64,000 nucleotides of DNA from the NCBI GenBank assembly GCA_951406725.2, contig OX597816.1:173972001-174036000 (forward strand), in the 5' to 3' direction. The notes below the pieces were generated by a model. The model saw only the letters and a program-made list of their open reading frames with translations. It did not search any database and had not been told where the DNA came from. A program made the position numbers and the translations under genes. Numbering within the stretch: the stretch's first letter is position 1; the number at the start of each line of letters is the position of its first letter. This document shows positions 12,731-26,100 of this stretch, piece after piece. The stretch comes from Octopus vulgaris. Its lineage: Eukaryota.

Positions 12731-13054
12731 TTATCATCATCATTATTATTACTGAGTGAGAGAGCAGTGCATGCCATCAAAGTGACACTGGAGTACTGAT
12801 GATATGTGCATCTATGAAGCCCAGTATACCCATCATGACTACCCGTCTGATAAGAGTACACTAGGTACATGCATCACAACCATATGTGCACAAAATGGTA
12901 ATCTCATATCAAGATAAACAGTGCATAACCATGCAGGTGGGGCCCAGTTAGAATGTTTCACATATCATCAACATGCTCAACTGGTTAAGATCAAGCAAAT
13001 CTGTGGTATTGAGCAGAATATTTGCTGTAACCCATCTTTTTACATCAAGACAAA

Positions 13055-13510
13055 TCATCATCATCATTGTTCGACCGTGGTCGAGACAATGGAATTTACC
13101 ATGCTACGCCAGACTTCACGGTCCATCATGGCATTACGTAGGTCCTGTTGCTGGATGCCTGTATCCCAGGAGATTACATCAGGGTAGGAGAGTGTGCACC
13201 CTCTGGTATTGCGAGTAGATGGCTTCCAGAGGAGAAGAGTAGAAATTACCTCTTTTTCAGCTCTACAACAATGTCCAGCAAACTGGACTCTCTTACCTGT
13301 CACAAGAGATGACACAGGTGGTAGTTTCCCATATATTTGCATTTTGGTTGGATGGCGCTTCCACGTGAGATTTTGTGTAGGTCTTTACCTCAATGAGGCC
13401 AAGACTGAATACATAAACAAGTGCCTGTCCAACAGTGATTGCATCATCCATACTCTCAACAATGCGCCCTTAAATATGGTTTCTGATTACAAATATCTTG
13501 AGTCATACAT
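13055..13510 (-). mobile_element. RTE-like LINE 3' fragment with inverted 5' segment and 11-bp TSD
   Basis: Minus: QNLTWKRHPTKMQIYG...FAGHCCR...AMMDREVWR...* plus (TGA)n; plus: GLYLNEAKTEY...YKYLESYI; TSD ATCAAGACAAA at 13044-13054 and 13511-13521. Confidence 0.85.
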
Positions 13511-13604
13511 ATCAAGACAAAACATGTACGTGTTAACACTTTCAACCAATTAAGATCAGAAACCATCGGAGCCAGTGTCTGGTACTGTATCAGGGCATTT
13601 TATT

Positions 13605-14510
13605 ATTATTATTAGTTCCCTCCCACTAAATTTCAGGCTTTATGCCTTTAGTAGAAAGGATAAAGACGGCAAGCTAGCAAAATTGTTAGCATGCAGGGCA
13701 AGATGCTTAGCAGTATTTCATGTGTCTTCACATTCTGAGTTCAAATTCTGCCAAGGTCAGCTTTGCTTTCATCCTGTTGGGCTCGATAAATTAAGTACGA
13801 GTGGATCACTAGGGTCGATGTAATTAACTAATCCTCTCCCACAAAATTTCTGGCCTTGTGATTTTATTTAGTAGGAAGGATTATTATTATCATTATTATT
13901 AAGGTGACAAGTTGGCAGAATCCTTAGCATGCCAGGCAAAATGCTTAGTAGCATTTCGTCTGTCTTCATGTCATGAGTTCAAATTCCACCAAAGTCAACT
14001 TTTGGGGTTGATAAAATAAGTACCAGTTGAGCACTGGAGATGATGTAATCAATTTACTCCTCTCCTGAAATTGATGGCCTTATACCAAAATTTGAAATCA
14101 TATCATTATTATTATCATTTATTTTTCTTCTTTCAAATTTGCTTCCATTTCTTGCCGAGTGTCTTCCCGACTCCTAGGGCAAAGAAACTCATAGTATACA
14201 TTGGTAGGCCATTAAACTAAACTCAATAGTTCGTTCATTCTTTTTTTTTTAAGTTAAATTAAAATACATGGGTAGTAATAGTTATTATTATTATATTATT
14301 ATTACTATTATTAAGGTGGTGAACTGTAAGAAGTGTTAGAACACAAGGCAAAGTGCTTAGCGGTATTTCACCCATTGCAGTTGACTTTGCCTTTCATCTG
14401 TTCAGGGTCAATAAAATAAGTACTAGTAAAACACTGGAGTCAATGTAATCAAATAGTCCCCACCAACCCAAAATTTCAGGCCTTGTGCCAATAGTAAAAA
14501 GGATTATTAT
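13605..14510 (+). mobile_element. Tandem chain of SINE family D copies separated by (ATT)n
   Basis: Repeated unit GGCAGAA.TGTTAGCA...AAAATGCTTAGC...GAGTTCAAATTC...CTTTGCCTTTCATC...GATAAAATAAGTACCAG...GGCCTTGTGCC at about 13665, 13900 and 14312. Confidence 0.7.
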
Positions 14511-14514
14511 TATT

Positions 14515-14907
14515 ACTCTTTACTCTCTTTTACTCTTTTATTTGTTTCAGTCATTTGACTGCGGCCATGCTGGAGCACCAACTTTAGTCGAGCAAATCGA
14601 CCCCGGAACTTATTCTTTGTAAGCCCAGTACTTATTCCATCGGTCTCTTTTTGCCGAACCGCTAAGTGACGGGGACATAAACACACCAGCATCGGCTGTC
14701 AGGCAATGCTAGGGGGACAAACACAGACACAGAAACACATACATATATACGACAGGTTTCTTTCAGTTTCCGTCTACCAAACCCACTCACAAGGCATTGG
14801 TCGGCCCGGGGCTATAGCAGAAGACACTTGCCCAAGATGCCACGCAGTGGGACTGAACCCGGAACCATGTGGTTGGTAAGCAAGCTACTTACCACACAGC
14901 CACTCCT
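14515..14907 (-). mobile_element. SINE family A
   Basis: Reverse-complement copy. Confidence 0.9.
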
Positions 14908-15136
14908 ATTATTATTATTATTATTATTATTAATAGTAGTAGTAGTAGTCTATGCTTGTGACAATGCAGCATGATAGTGATTTGTTAGGAGGTAGAGGAG
15001 ATGAAACAAATAAGATAGGAAAAACTATTTAGCATAGATTATGTCGTACTGAGATCTCCAGTTTCAAAAGTGTTCCTACCATCAATTGTTCACAGATCAC
15101 TGTAAATATACATGCATGGATTGCATGGATTTGTGT

Positions 15137-15523
15137 GGTGGAAGCACTCCGTCGGTTACGACGACAAGGGTTCCGGTTGATCCGATCAACGGAACAGCCT
15201 GCTCGTGAAATTAACGTGTAAGTGGCTGAGCACTCCACAGACACGTGTACCCTTAACATAGTTCTCGGGGATATTCAGCATGACACAGAGAGTGACAAGG
15301 CCGGCCCTTTGAAATACAGGTACAACAGAAACAGGAAGTAAGAGTGAGAGAAAGTTGTGGTGAAAGAGTACAGCAGAGATCACCACCATCCCTGCCGGAG
15401 CCTCGTGGAGCTTTTAGGTGTTTTCGCTCAATAAACACTCACAACGCCCAGTCTGGGAATCGAAACTGTGATCCTACGACCGCGAGTCCGCTGCCCTAAC
15501 CACTGGGCCATTGCGCCTCCACT
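15137..15523 (-). mobile_element. tRNA-derived SINE family C with 11-bp TSD
   Basis: Head GGAGGCGCAATGGCCCAGTGGTTAGGGCAGCGG...GTTTCGATTCCC (A/B boxes); TSD TGGATTTGTGT at 15126-15136 and 15524-15534. Confidence 0.85.
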
Positions 15524-16275
15524 TGGATTTGTGTATATATATATATACAGGCAACAGTTAAAAAAACACACATTTAGAAAGGAAATAAAACTATACAGAA
15601 AAATATATTATTACAAAGACTATAAGAAGTTAGATTAGAGAGAGAGAGAGAGAGAGAGTTATTGAGCAAGAGATAGAGGGATAGGCAAAAAAGAAAAATA
15701 TAAACATATTAAAAGCAAAATATATTTCTTTTAATAAAAAGCAAAAGAAACAGCAATTGAATTTGTTTTTTTTATTATTTATTTTTCAATATTGTTTATA
15801 CATACATATACGTATATATACATGCACACACACATACACAAATGTGTATATGTGTGTATATATGTCTTTGTATGTGCATGTATATGTGTCCATGTGTGCA
15901 TGCACACACACACACATACACACACGTGCACACACACACACACACAGAGGAACACAGCTGTCGGCGAAACTATTTCTTTGTAATATGACTACATACCAAA
16001 TCTCTCACCATAACATGGTCTAAACAGTATGAAAAGAACAATTTGTTTCATTTGTTTCAAGATTTAATTATCATTATTCTTTGCATTATTATTATTATTA
16101 TTATCATTATTATGTGCTTGCATCCATATAACAACAACCTAAGCTCTACTGAAGTGCTTCTTCAAACCTCAGAACAGATTTATTTATAGCTAAAATCCCT
16201 TGAATCGCTTTTATTTTTGCTTTTTTTCTCTTTAAAACTTATCACTGTGTTTTTCTTAGACAGTATATGACTCCT

Positions 16276-16608
<333 letters not shown>

Positions 16609-16754
16609 AATTTTTTGCAGCTCATATAGAAACAAGATTTCCCTATTTTTCTTAAATTCAAATACAGAATTCCTTTTTCTTTCTTATTTTCTTGTCAAGT
16701 AGAACATATATAACTGCACACACACACACAAATATGTATGTATGTACGTATGTA

Positions 16755-16792
<38 letters not shown>

Positions 16793-16874
16793 CATGCATG
16801 CATGTAAGAGTGTACAACACACACACACATATACATACATATTCATAATAATATAAAGAATTATATATTTAAAA

Positions 16875-17155
16875 AGTTAAAGTCTCTCTTGAACCTACAT
16901 GCCCATTAAGCCGCAGCAGTTTAGCCATGTTTCCACAGTGTTTAAGAGACTGAGAGTACAAAACTCCCTCTGCTCCTGGACAGGATGCCAGGCTGTCATA
17001 GAGTTAATAATTCCTGCAGATGCCAGTGGTACTCGTTTTCAGCTGAGTGGACTATAGCAACATGAAATGAAGTACCTTGCTCGAGGACTAAACACACCAT
17101 CTGCTCAAAAATTGAACCTAATTATCATGAGCCCAGCACACTAAGCACAAGACCT
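16875..17155 (-). mobile_element. Old degenerate tRNA-SINE
   Basis: Antisense GTCCTCGAGCAAGGTACTTCATTTCATGTTGCT.TAGTCCACTCAGCTGAAAA.GAGTACC core and a degenerate head near 17150. Confidence 0.45.
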
Positions 17156-17169
17156 TGCATCTTCCCAAT

Positions 17170-17170
17170 C

Positions 17171-17216
<46 letters not shown>

Positions 17217-17267
17217 GTGTGTGTGTATATATAAATATATATATATACACGTGCACATGTCTATAGT

Positions 17268-17301
<34 letters not shown>

Positions 17302-17704
17302 CAAACACATATATGCATACATATACACACAGACACACATAGATATACATATATATATTATATACACAAACAAATTATGCATGTGTGAGTATGTATATAT
17401 ATATATATATACACATACATGTGGATACATAGATGTATACACACACGCATGTGCACATACATGCACACACATGTACAATGTATTTTCTACTTAAAAGAAT
17501 GAAATAAAATGAAAAGCTTAAAAAAAAACAAAAACAAAAACAAAAGGTATAAAGAGATGAAATTATTAAAGCTTGTATCATTGGATTGAAAAATAAAATT
17601 AGTTCTATATTAAAGTCTTGGTACTGTTTCTCTGATAATTCTTTTATAATAACAGGCAGTCGTTTTTGTTCTTTTTTTTAGCTTGGAACTGTCCAAGACT
17701 TACA

Positions 17705-17764
<60 letters not shown>

Positions 17765-17811
17765 ATACATGTGTGTATATATATATATGTACGTATACAT
17801 ATATACATATC

Positions 17812-17844
<33 letters not shown>

Positions 17845-17898
17845 GTATGTATACAAATATACATATGTTATATTTATACATATGTATGTATAAATATG

Positions 17899-17942
<44 letters not shown>
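17170..17942. repeat. Compound (TG)n/(TA)n/(TATG)n microsatellites, probably in the CSPG4 3'UTR
   Basis: Read directly; lies just downstream of the CSPG4 stop on the minus strand. Confidence 0.85.
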
Positions 17943-17946
<4 letters not shown>

Positions 17947-18167
17947 CAAACACACTCCCTCTCATTCTCACTTTCCCTCTTTTTTTAATGAATGAAAGAA
18001 CTTTTTTTCTTTTTTGTTTACTTTGATTTCTTGGTTTTGAATTAAAATTTTGCTTTTGCTTTTTGTTTTTTGTTTCTTTCAATGTTTTTCTTTCCAATTT
18101 TTTGCCTCTTCTTTTCTAATCCTCACCTCACATTGAATCTCTGCCCCCGTCCCCTGCATTCTTACTA

Positions 18168-20884
18168 TCACACCCAATACTGGTTGTCTCTCAAAACTGG
18201 GTTTGTGGTCCGAAAGTGTTGCAAAAGTTCAGGACCTAGTAGATTCCAATCAACATTTAATAAGTCCGTACTGGTTCCTGTCTTGGAACTGCCCTCGGGT
18301 GATCGCCTCTCCGGTGGGGAGCTGTTATCTGTATGCATCAGTGGCGTTACTTTACAAGTTGGCACCGTTGAGCTGACCTCGGCCCTTGTTGAATCAGGTG
18401 AACGGGGTGTTGGTGATGACTTTGTACTTTGGTCAGCAGTGGCTGATATGTTAGGGTGTGAACATGATGATGGTGATGATGCTGTCATTACTGCTGCAGC
18501 TACTGCCTTGTCATCACTGTCTTCTGATGGTGTTAATGCGCTTGCTGGGGAGCCTGCAGTGGCACCATCTGTGACATTGCTACTGCTGCAACATGCACCC
18601 GTGTCTGCATTGCTGGTGTTGTTGCTACTAGTTGAGGGAATGTTCACACCAATGGATGATGCTTGTTCTTGCATGAGTGACATGTAATCGTCAGATGCAG
18701 GACTATTGGTCAGATTTTGCTGTTGGGGTTCAATGTGAACATGGGGCTGATCCAAATGCACTGATCCATTGATCTGTGGTCGCGGTCGTGTGCGTGTGCC
18801 ACGCACATTTTCTGAGGGCGATTTCTGTTTCCTTTTCCTCAACAAAATGAAAATAATGAGAACTATGATTATTATTATTAAGATAAATGAGACTACAATA
18901 CAAACTATGAAAAAATCACTTGTAACATTTGGAATATCCTCTTGTTTCCCAGCACCTTCCTTAGGCTCGATAGCAGCTGCAACTGATGTTAGACGAGGCG
19001 TCAAAGATGGCTTTAGATCTTCCTCTTTGCTTCCTGGTGGATGGATGTTGATTTCAAATTTACCAGAAGCTGGTTGCACATTCATTGCAACAAGTTTGAA
19101 AGAGAAAGAGTCAATGACACTATGGTTGTGACCAGTTCTGTCCGCTTCATAGAGGATATCTCCATTTTTCACATCTTCATGGGTGAAACTTTTGATTAGA
19201 GTCCTTCGTCGAATTTCTCTTTTTCGGATAGGAGACCTCTTAATGAGTTGACCATACAAAGGAGACTCAGTTATGTGAAACTGAGGGTTGTCATTTGTTA
19301 CTGCTGCTAGTTCAGAGGCATCAAGAACTGAAAGGTCAATAAGGGCTTGATCTCCAGCAATAGCTTTAAATGGGTGTTGTTTTAAAAGAGGACGCACAGT
19401 AATGTTAAAGCGAGCATCATAGACACGGCTGTCAATTTGTGGAAAGTACATACGTACTAAGAAATAGTCTGAACCAGATGCCATGTTTGTTTGAATGTAA
19501 AGTAAAAGACTGTTTTCAAGATCTGTTTGCGAGAACTGGCTGACAATCGAATCTTTGAGATAGAGGTGACCATACTGAGGTCGACGTGTGATGTTGTAGC
19601 GGACATTTTCAGAAATTCCATTTGTACGAATCTTAAAGTTATTAAGGCTAATGTAAGCTGCGGACTGAGACTGCAGAACTTCAATGTCTGAATATTTGAC
19701 AATATTTATAATGACTGGAATGACAGCAATATTGAACACAATATAGAATTGCTCAAATTTGCCATCGCTGACCTTAAAAGTGAAAGAGCCTTGGTGCCTG
19801 CTACCATCATGTAGAAACACCACTATACCAGCATTGACTTCACGTTGAGTGAACTGAGAAATTGGAACGTAATAACTGTTGTGAAACACTAACATTCCAT
19901 TGTCAGCTTTTTTAATGATAGTATAAGTGATATTTTCTGGTGGGGTATCTGGATCAGTTGTCTCCAAATGTTTGCGTGTAATGTTCGCCGTTAAACCTTG
20001 AATGACTTGAATGCCAGGGTTTTGTGTGAGCAGTACAAGATGTTGGTCATTGACTGGATAAATGGTGATGTTGAACTCATTTTCTATAGTACGACTGCTC
20101 ACATCAAGAGGTTTGCTTGTAATGTTACGTATCTTAATATTCAACAAGAATTTGAAGGAATCCTGCAAAGTTTCATTGCCGTTGTGCTCATACTTGAGAC
20201 GCTCATGATTAATTTCTTGTTGAGAAAAGTTAACTCCGGGTAGTAGTAATCCTCGATCAAGAAGTAGTTTGCCATAACGAGGTGGTTCAGTGATTTCATA
20301 TCTAACAGTGACATGTTTCTTTAGAATTTTCAGTTCCCGCACATATTTGTCAATATTAAGGTTATGTTTGGTGAAAAAAGCACTGCTACCTTCAACAACT
20401 TTCAATGGAGTGAGACTAATCAGCATGTTTTTGTTTTCTTGATTAATGTTGCCATATGAGATACTTATAAACATTATGTCTTCAATGCTGTTTGCATAGA
20501 GAGTTTCAACTCGGAATTTAAAAAAATCCCGCTGGGACCAGTTGTGCAGGTTGGCTTTATGTCGATAAAAAATACGACCGCTATCAATATCTGATTGTGT
20601 GAAATGATGAACTTCATTGAGTTGCTCATCCATTCGAGACACAATCTGACCATAGTGCGGACGGGTCCTCAGCCAGTACTTTATAGCATTTGTTTGGTTA
20701 GGGTTATTAGTGCTTGCAGACAGGTACTCATTAGTTAGAACTTGCATTGTATTTGGGTATACTTCCATTGGTTTGTTAACATCAAGGCTCAATACAAGGG
20801 AATGTGCTGTTATTTTAAAAATATGTTCATTATCAAAATTTGAACCATCTGTGATGCGGAACTGGAAGCTTCCTGTGCTGCCAC
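18168..20884 (-). CDS. CSPG4: Chondroitin sulfate proteoglycan 4 (NG2/kon-tiki-like), terminal coding exon: CSPG repeats, TM helix, cytoplasmic tail
   Basis: Acceptor TTTTGTAG|G at 20886-20885, phase 1, giving FVHT-G-GSTGSFQFRITDG in frame with the 874-aa ORF. Repeated FTQ/FSQ-xD/E-I CSPG motifs; TM FFIVCIVVSFILIIIIIVLIIFILL (~18840-18914); C-terminal QYWV as in vertebrate CSPG4. Confidence 0.95.
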
Positions 20885-21900
20885 CTACAAAATAAAAAAT
20901 AATTCATTGTTAGCATTTCATTGAATAAACTAATGCAATCTTTCTTAAGTAAAAGGTTCACTTCTTTTTGAAAGAAGATAAAAGCAGTCAATTTTATCTC
21001 AAGAGTGAAGAGAATGACTTGCAATATCAACCCTAGTGAGATTTGAAATTCATATATTAATAACTGGAACAAATATGATTGAAGTACACAGCCAACTGAC
21101 TTCTGTATGTATCCTTTTTCACTAACCACACAGCCTATTTCAAATCAATGACATAATGTTTCATTCTTAGAGGTACAACAAGGAATTTGTAGGAGAAAAA
21201 TGTGACATTGCACAACTTTCAAGCATTAACAGAATAAGCAAAGAAAACTGGTTTCATTCAGGAAGCAAAACAAAATTTCATATTTGGCAGTTGTCAACCA
21301 ATGAAATAATTGTTTTTCTTGGTTAATTTGATTCAATATAGTATCTTTATCTTTGTAATGAGAGGATAAACAATTAATTAAATTGACTGAGTTTTCAATA
21401 TATTATGGGAATTTAAATTCCACTGAGGTTGACTTTGCCTTTCGTCTTTTCGGGGTCGATAAATTAGGTACCAGTTGCGTACTGGGGTTCTAAGAGGCTA
21501 ACTTGTCCCCATTATGCTATATTATGACAAAATTTTCATTGGCTTGCATGGTTCTGTATACAGTGGAGAGTTATACAGCAGTTTAATGTCTGGTGTGAAA
21601 TTCACTTTCAATACCTCTGTGAGAGATTTTATTTTCCATCTGATACCACCAGTTTTGAGCCAGTAAGGAAACTTTAGTCATTTAAGTTACTAGAAGTAAC
21701 AGTTAAATCTTTTTTAAATCTCAATCTGCTGTCTTAAAATAGGGAGGTCAGATATCTTATATACAGATATCTTATATACACTTCGTCTGAAATCATCTGG
21801 TCATGGATATAACACTTTTTTCCATAAGTTTGCTCAATCAGGACTGATCTGGAGTTGAACAACAATAACAACTAGCTCTTACAGTCAGGTCAATTATACA

Positions 21901-22281
21901 TCTCTTTTACTCTTTTACTTGTTTCAGTCATTTGACTGCGGCCATGCTGGAGCACCGCCTTTTTAGTCGAGCGTAAGCCCAGTACTTATTCTATCAGTCT
22001 CTTTTGCCGAACCGCTAACTGACGGGGACGTAAACACACCAGCATCGGTTGTCAAGCAATGCTAGGAGGACAAACACAGACACATAAACACACACACACA
22101 TATATATATACATATATACGACAGGCTTCTTTCAGTTTCCATCTACCAAATCCACTCACACGGCATTGGTCGGCCCAGGGCTATAGCAGAAGACACTTGC
22201 CCAAGATGCCACGCAGTGGGACTAAACCCGGAACCATGTGGTTGATTAGCAAGCTACTTACCACACAGCCACTCCTGCACC
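21901..22281 (-). mobile_element. SINE family A (in the CSPG4 intron between the two exons)
   Basis: Reverse-complement copy with a small internal deletion. Confidence 0.9.
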
Positions 22282-23126
22282 TACAACTTCTACATTTATA
22301 TATTTAAAAAATTTGTATTATCAAGACCATATTGATCTAAAGCACAACAACCACAGCAGATGATTGCTAAAGTCAAGAGATGGTTCAATTAGTTCTACAG
22401 CTATAAATGAGTTCAAATCTTGTTTTCTGTCAGTTACCTCAGCATTTCCCACGGAATAAAGATTCAGCTTATAGGTTAAAAGACTATAGCACAATAGATT
22501 ACACACTTAGATGTATCAACTGTTACCAAGTAGTTCTCAGCTGATAAATGTAATTGTCATGAAAAGGTCATACAGTTGAAGATGGTAACTAAGATTTAAT
22601 AATAGAAAGAAAATAAATTTTGTAGTACATGTAAGTTTCTCAAGGAACAGTAAATTAAAACAGCAGCAAGTGGGAATTAAAGGAAACTTATTTCCACTTA
22701 TTGATACTCGTCATTGTAATTTTGATATGTAAAATTTGCACAAGTCTACAAAGTTTGGGTACTGCCAATTAAGCCAATCTAGTATGTTACTTGCACTTGC
22801 TTTATTAGCCCTTGAAGGATGAAAAGTAAACTCTACTTTGGTGAGATTTGAGCTCACAATGTAAAGCAATGTAATTAAGTAACACAAGACATTTCTCAAG
22901 AACTCAAATCAATCACTGTTCTTCAATATTCAGAATGATATACACATACAATGGAATTCTGAAGCAGTCAAAAGATTTGAAATACTCTTTGTACTCAGAA
23001 CTCATGTGCTTTATTTTTCTATCACAGTTTCAACCATTGGAGACACTGATATATGAAGTAGCTGACATATGACAGGGTTAGGTGGGTTAATATGAAAATG
23101 ATATAACTTAATTGAAATTCACTTAC

Positions 23127-26100
23127 CTGTGTGAACAAATGCAATCAAGTTCTGCTTGACCATTTGTTGAGAAAAAGAATTAAGTTTCTTTGAAGTATTA
23201 TTAACCAAAGCTAAGTAACCATTAGAGGGTTTAGTCACTTGAAAGATGAGGTCCCCTTCTTTAGAGTCAGGATCAACTGCTCTGAGGTGATCAATTGTTA
23301 GTATAGTCACAGACTGATTCCACACTTGTATTCCTTTGTTGCGTATAATCTGTGGCAGCTGGTCATTGATCGGCTTCACTTTCACTGACAACCTTTTCTC
23401 TTCACTTTCTTGACCATTGACTTTCAATCTACCAGAAATCCACAGATGGTCAAGGGATGTCTCACTGTCATCATGAACATAATAGATGAGCTCATCAAGA
23501 AGCTCTTGGGAAGTAAATTGAGAAATGGCATTGCCTTTATTTGTTATGGATTCTAACCAACCAAATTTGGGTTGTTTTGTTACATTGTAGATGACTAGCT
23601 TATCTTCAAAATGTTTACCTCGAATGCGAATATTTTTCTTGGTTAGCATTTGACTTTGACCTTCTGATACAGTAACATTTGTAAGCTGCAAAGGTAATAT
23701 TTTTGGCAATATGTCGATGACAAACTCAAGATTGTGCAACTTTTTAAATCCATTGGTGACATCAAAAATAAATCCATCAGTATTAGTCTCAACATCCTTT
23801 TGTATTTGTTGGTGAACATATTTCAGTTTTTCTTCATTGATATCTTCTTGTGTGAAAGTGATATTACTTTTATCCGAATATAATATATCACCAACTGAAA
23901 GAAAGCCAAACTTGGGTGGTGTGGTCACATGATACTGAATATCAGCTGGGAATGAGTCTGGATGACTCACATGCAAGTAGTTGTTAGTTATAATCACACT
24001 TTGGCTTTCATTTATGACCACAATTTTGTTATGAATTACATGGGGTGGATGACGCTGGCTCTCCAGGAAAAGAAGAATTGAGAAGGATCCTTGTGTCTCT
24101 GAAGGGCCGGCCTCAACAGCAAATTTGAAATAATCATCAAGTTTACTGTTTCCATTGTGCTTGTATGTTAGCATATCACGTTTTATATCAGCTAGAGAGA
24201 AGCTGTTAATTCTCTTGTTATCAAGAAGTAGTTCACCATACATTGGTTCTCTCATGATGAAAAAAACAATCTCTTCATCTCTAACATTAACGTTTGTTTC
24301 AATACTGAGATTAAAGGGAGTGATAGTAATACTTTTTCCCTTCAATACTGACACCCCTGTGTTGTTAAGGACTTTGATAAAAGGAGCAGAAGCCTCAATT
24401 TCAAGGGTAAATTTCCTTACAAAATGTCCATCTGTTACTGAAAATTTAAGGTAGTCAACTGAGTTTCCTGAGTTCTTCACTAGCAGCTTTCTATCAATTA
24501 TATCTTGCTGTGTAAATCGAAACACATAGCTTCGGTCCATTCTGTTTAAAACATGATGATCAGATTTATCTGTTAATGTGTAGATAAGCTTGTTGTCGTC
24601 AAAGTTGATATCAGGGTCAGTAAATGCAAGGTCATGGATACTTAGAGTTCGTTCCCCATTAAGAATTATATAGAAGGGTTTATCAACAACACGTTGTGGT
24701 GAATTGTCATTTTTCATTACAATCTGGATGTCGAAGTGACCAGAGAAATCAGATAGTTCTTCTTGCTTATCTGTTGGTTGCAGAATAATAGGAGTAGCTG
24801 TAAAAGCAAATGAATCAGTTTTGTGTTCAGACCCGTCATGAACATACATTAAGCGGCCTTCACGGATATCTTTGTTTGTAAAAGTTTCAACATTTTCCTT
24901 GGGGGTCATTCGATAGTGTGGATCAACTATAATCAATTTACCATATTGTGGTGATTTAAACACAATGTATTGAAATTCTCTGTGTTTGTCCATTTCAATG
25001 TAAAGATCATTTCGAGTGATAACTTTTCTTTCTCCTTCAGTTACTCTTTCTAGGCCATTGTTGATGTAACGAACATCTGTCTCGTTAGGAATATACTCGA
25101 TATGGAAACGGAGACGTCGGGGAGGAACACCTTTCACAGAAAGGTGCATGTCTATAGAATCATCTAAGCTACTATAGGACTGTCGCTTAAGACTGTAGTG
25201 GATCATATTACTGTGCAACTCATTCAGTGTGAAAGACCCATCTCTTTGAAGAGGCTGAAGCTTTTTCAAGGCAGATGTTGAAGTATCCGGTTTTGCCCGA
25301 TAAAGGTTACCATAGGATGGGGGGCGCACAATAGTAAAGAAAACTTCTCTTGGAGGTATTCTTTGAGTATTCAACTTAACATTGAGATATTTAGTTGAAA
25401 GCACTTTTGACATGGTGTATCTTAAAACAAGTTTCTTGTTAGCTACAACACTCAGTTGAACCCCAACAAACTTGATTCTAAAAGCCTCAACATTTGTTTG
25501 GGCATCTTGACATGTAACAGTGTACTTAAATATATCTGAATCAGGAGTGGAGTTAAATGGTTTGCTGAAATAACGAATACGTCCGGCATCAATATGACGC
25601 TGAACAAATGTGGTAACAGGTAACCATGCATTATTTTCATGTTTACGGCGTTGGATTTCCCCATAGTAAGGACCTTCGTTGATTATGTAACGAATCTCGA
25701 GATTTCGGTTAGGAACATTTGTGCTAAAAGACAAATTATTTGAGGTAATCAGAGAGTGAGAGCCAAGTGGAAGGTACAAACCAGTGTTGGCTTTGATAGT
25801 CAATTTTAATTTCATTGCCCGGATAATTATATTAGTATCCTTTGATTTAGAAAAGCCATCAGTTACATATATGCGAATAAAAGCCACAGTCGAATCACGT
25901 TGTACAAGCCAAATCTTGCCTGAATTGATGTCAGCTTGACTGAATGTTGTGATAGAAAATCCTGGCCGAGAAGAATTTTCAAAGAAGCACTTTGATTGAG
26001 TTGGATTTTCTAAGTGATAAATCAATTCTTCAGGTGGTGTATCTGGGTCTTCAGCCATTAGTATGGATTTTTGGATCTGTAGTTTAGAATTTTGAGCTAC

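Noticed and set aside
17644-18097. Overlapping Y/I/M/C-rich ORFs
   Set aside because: Stop-poor (TA)/(TG) microsatellite frames.
18070-18687. 205-aa plus-strand ORF
   Set aside because: Antisense shadow of the low-complexity CSPG4 tail; no recognisable domain.
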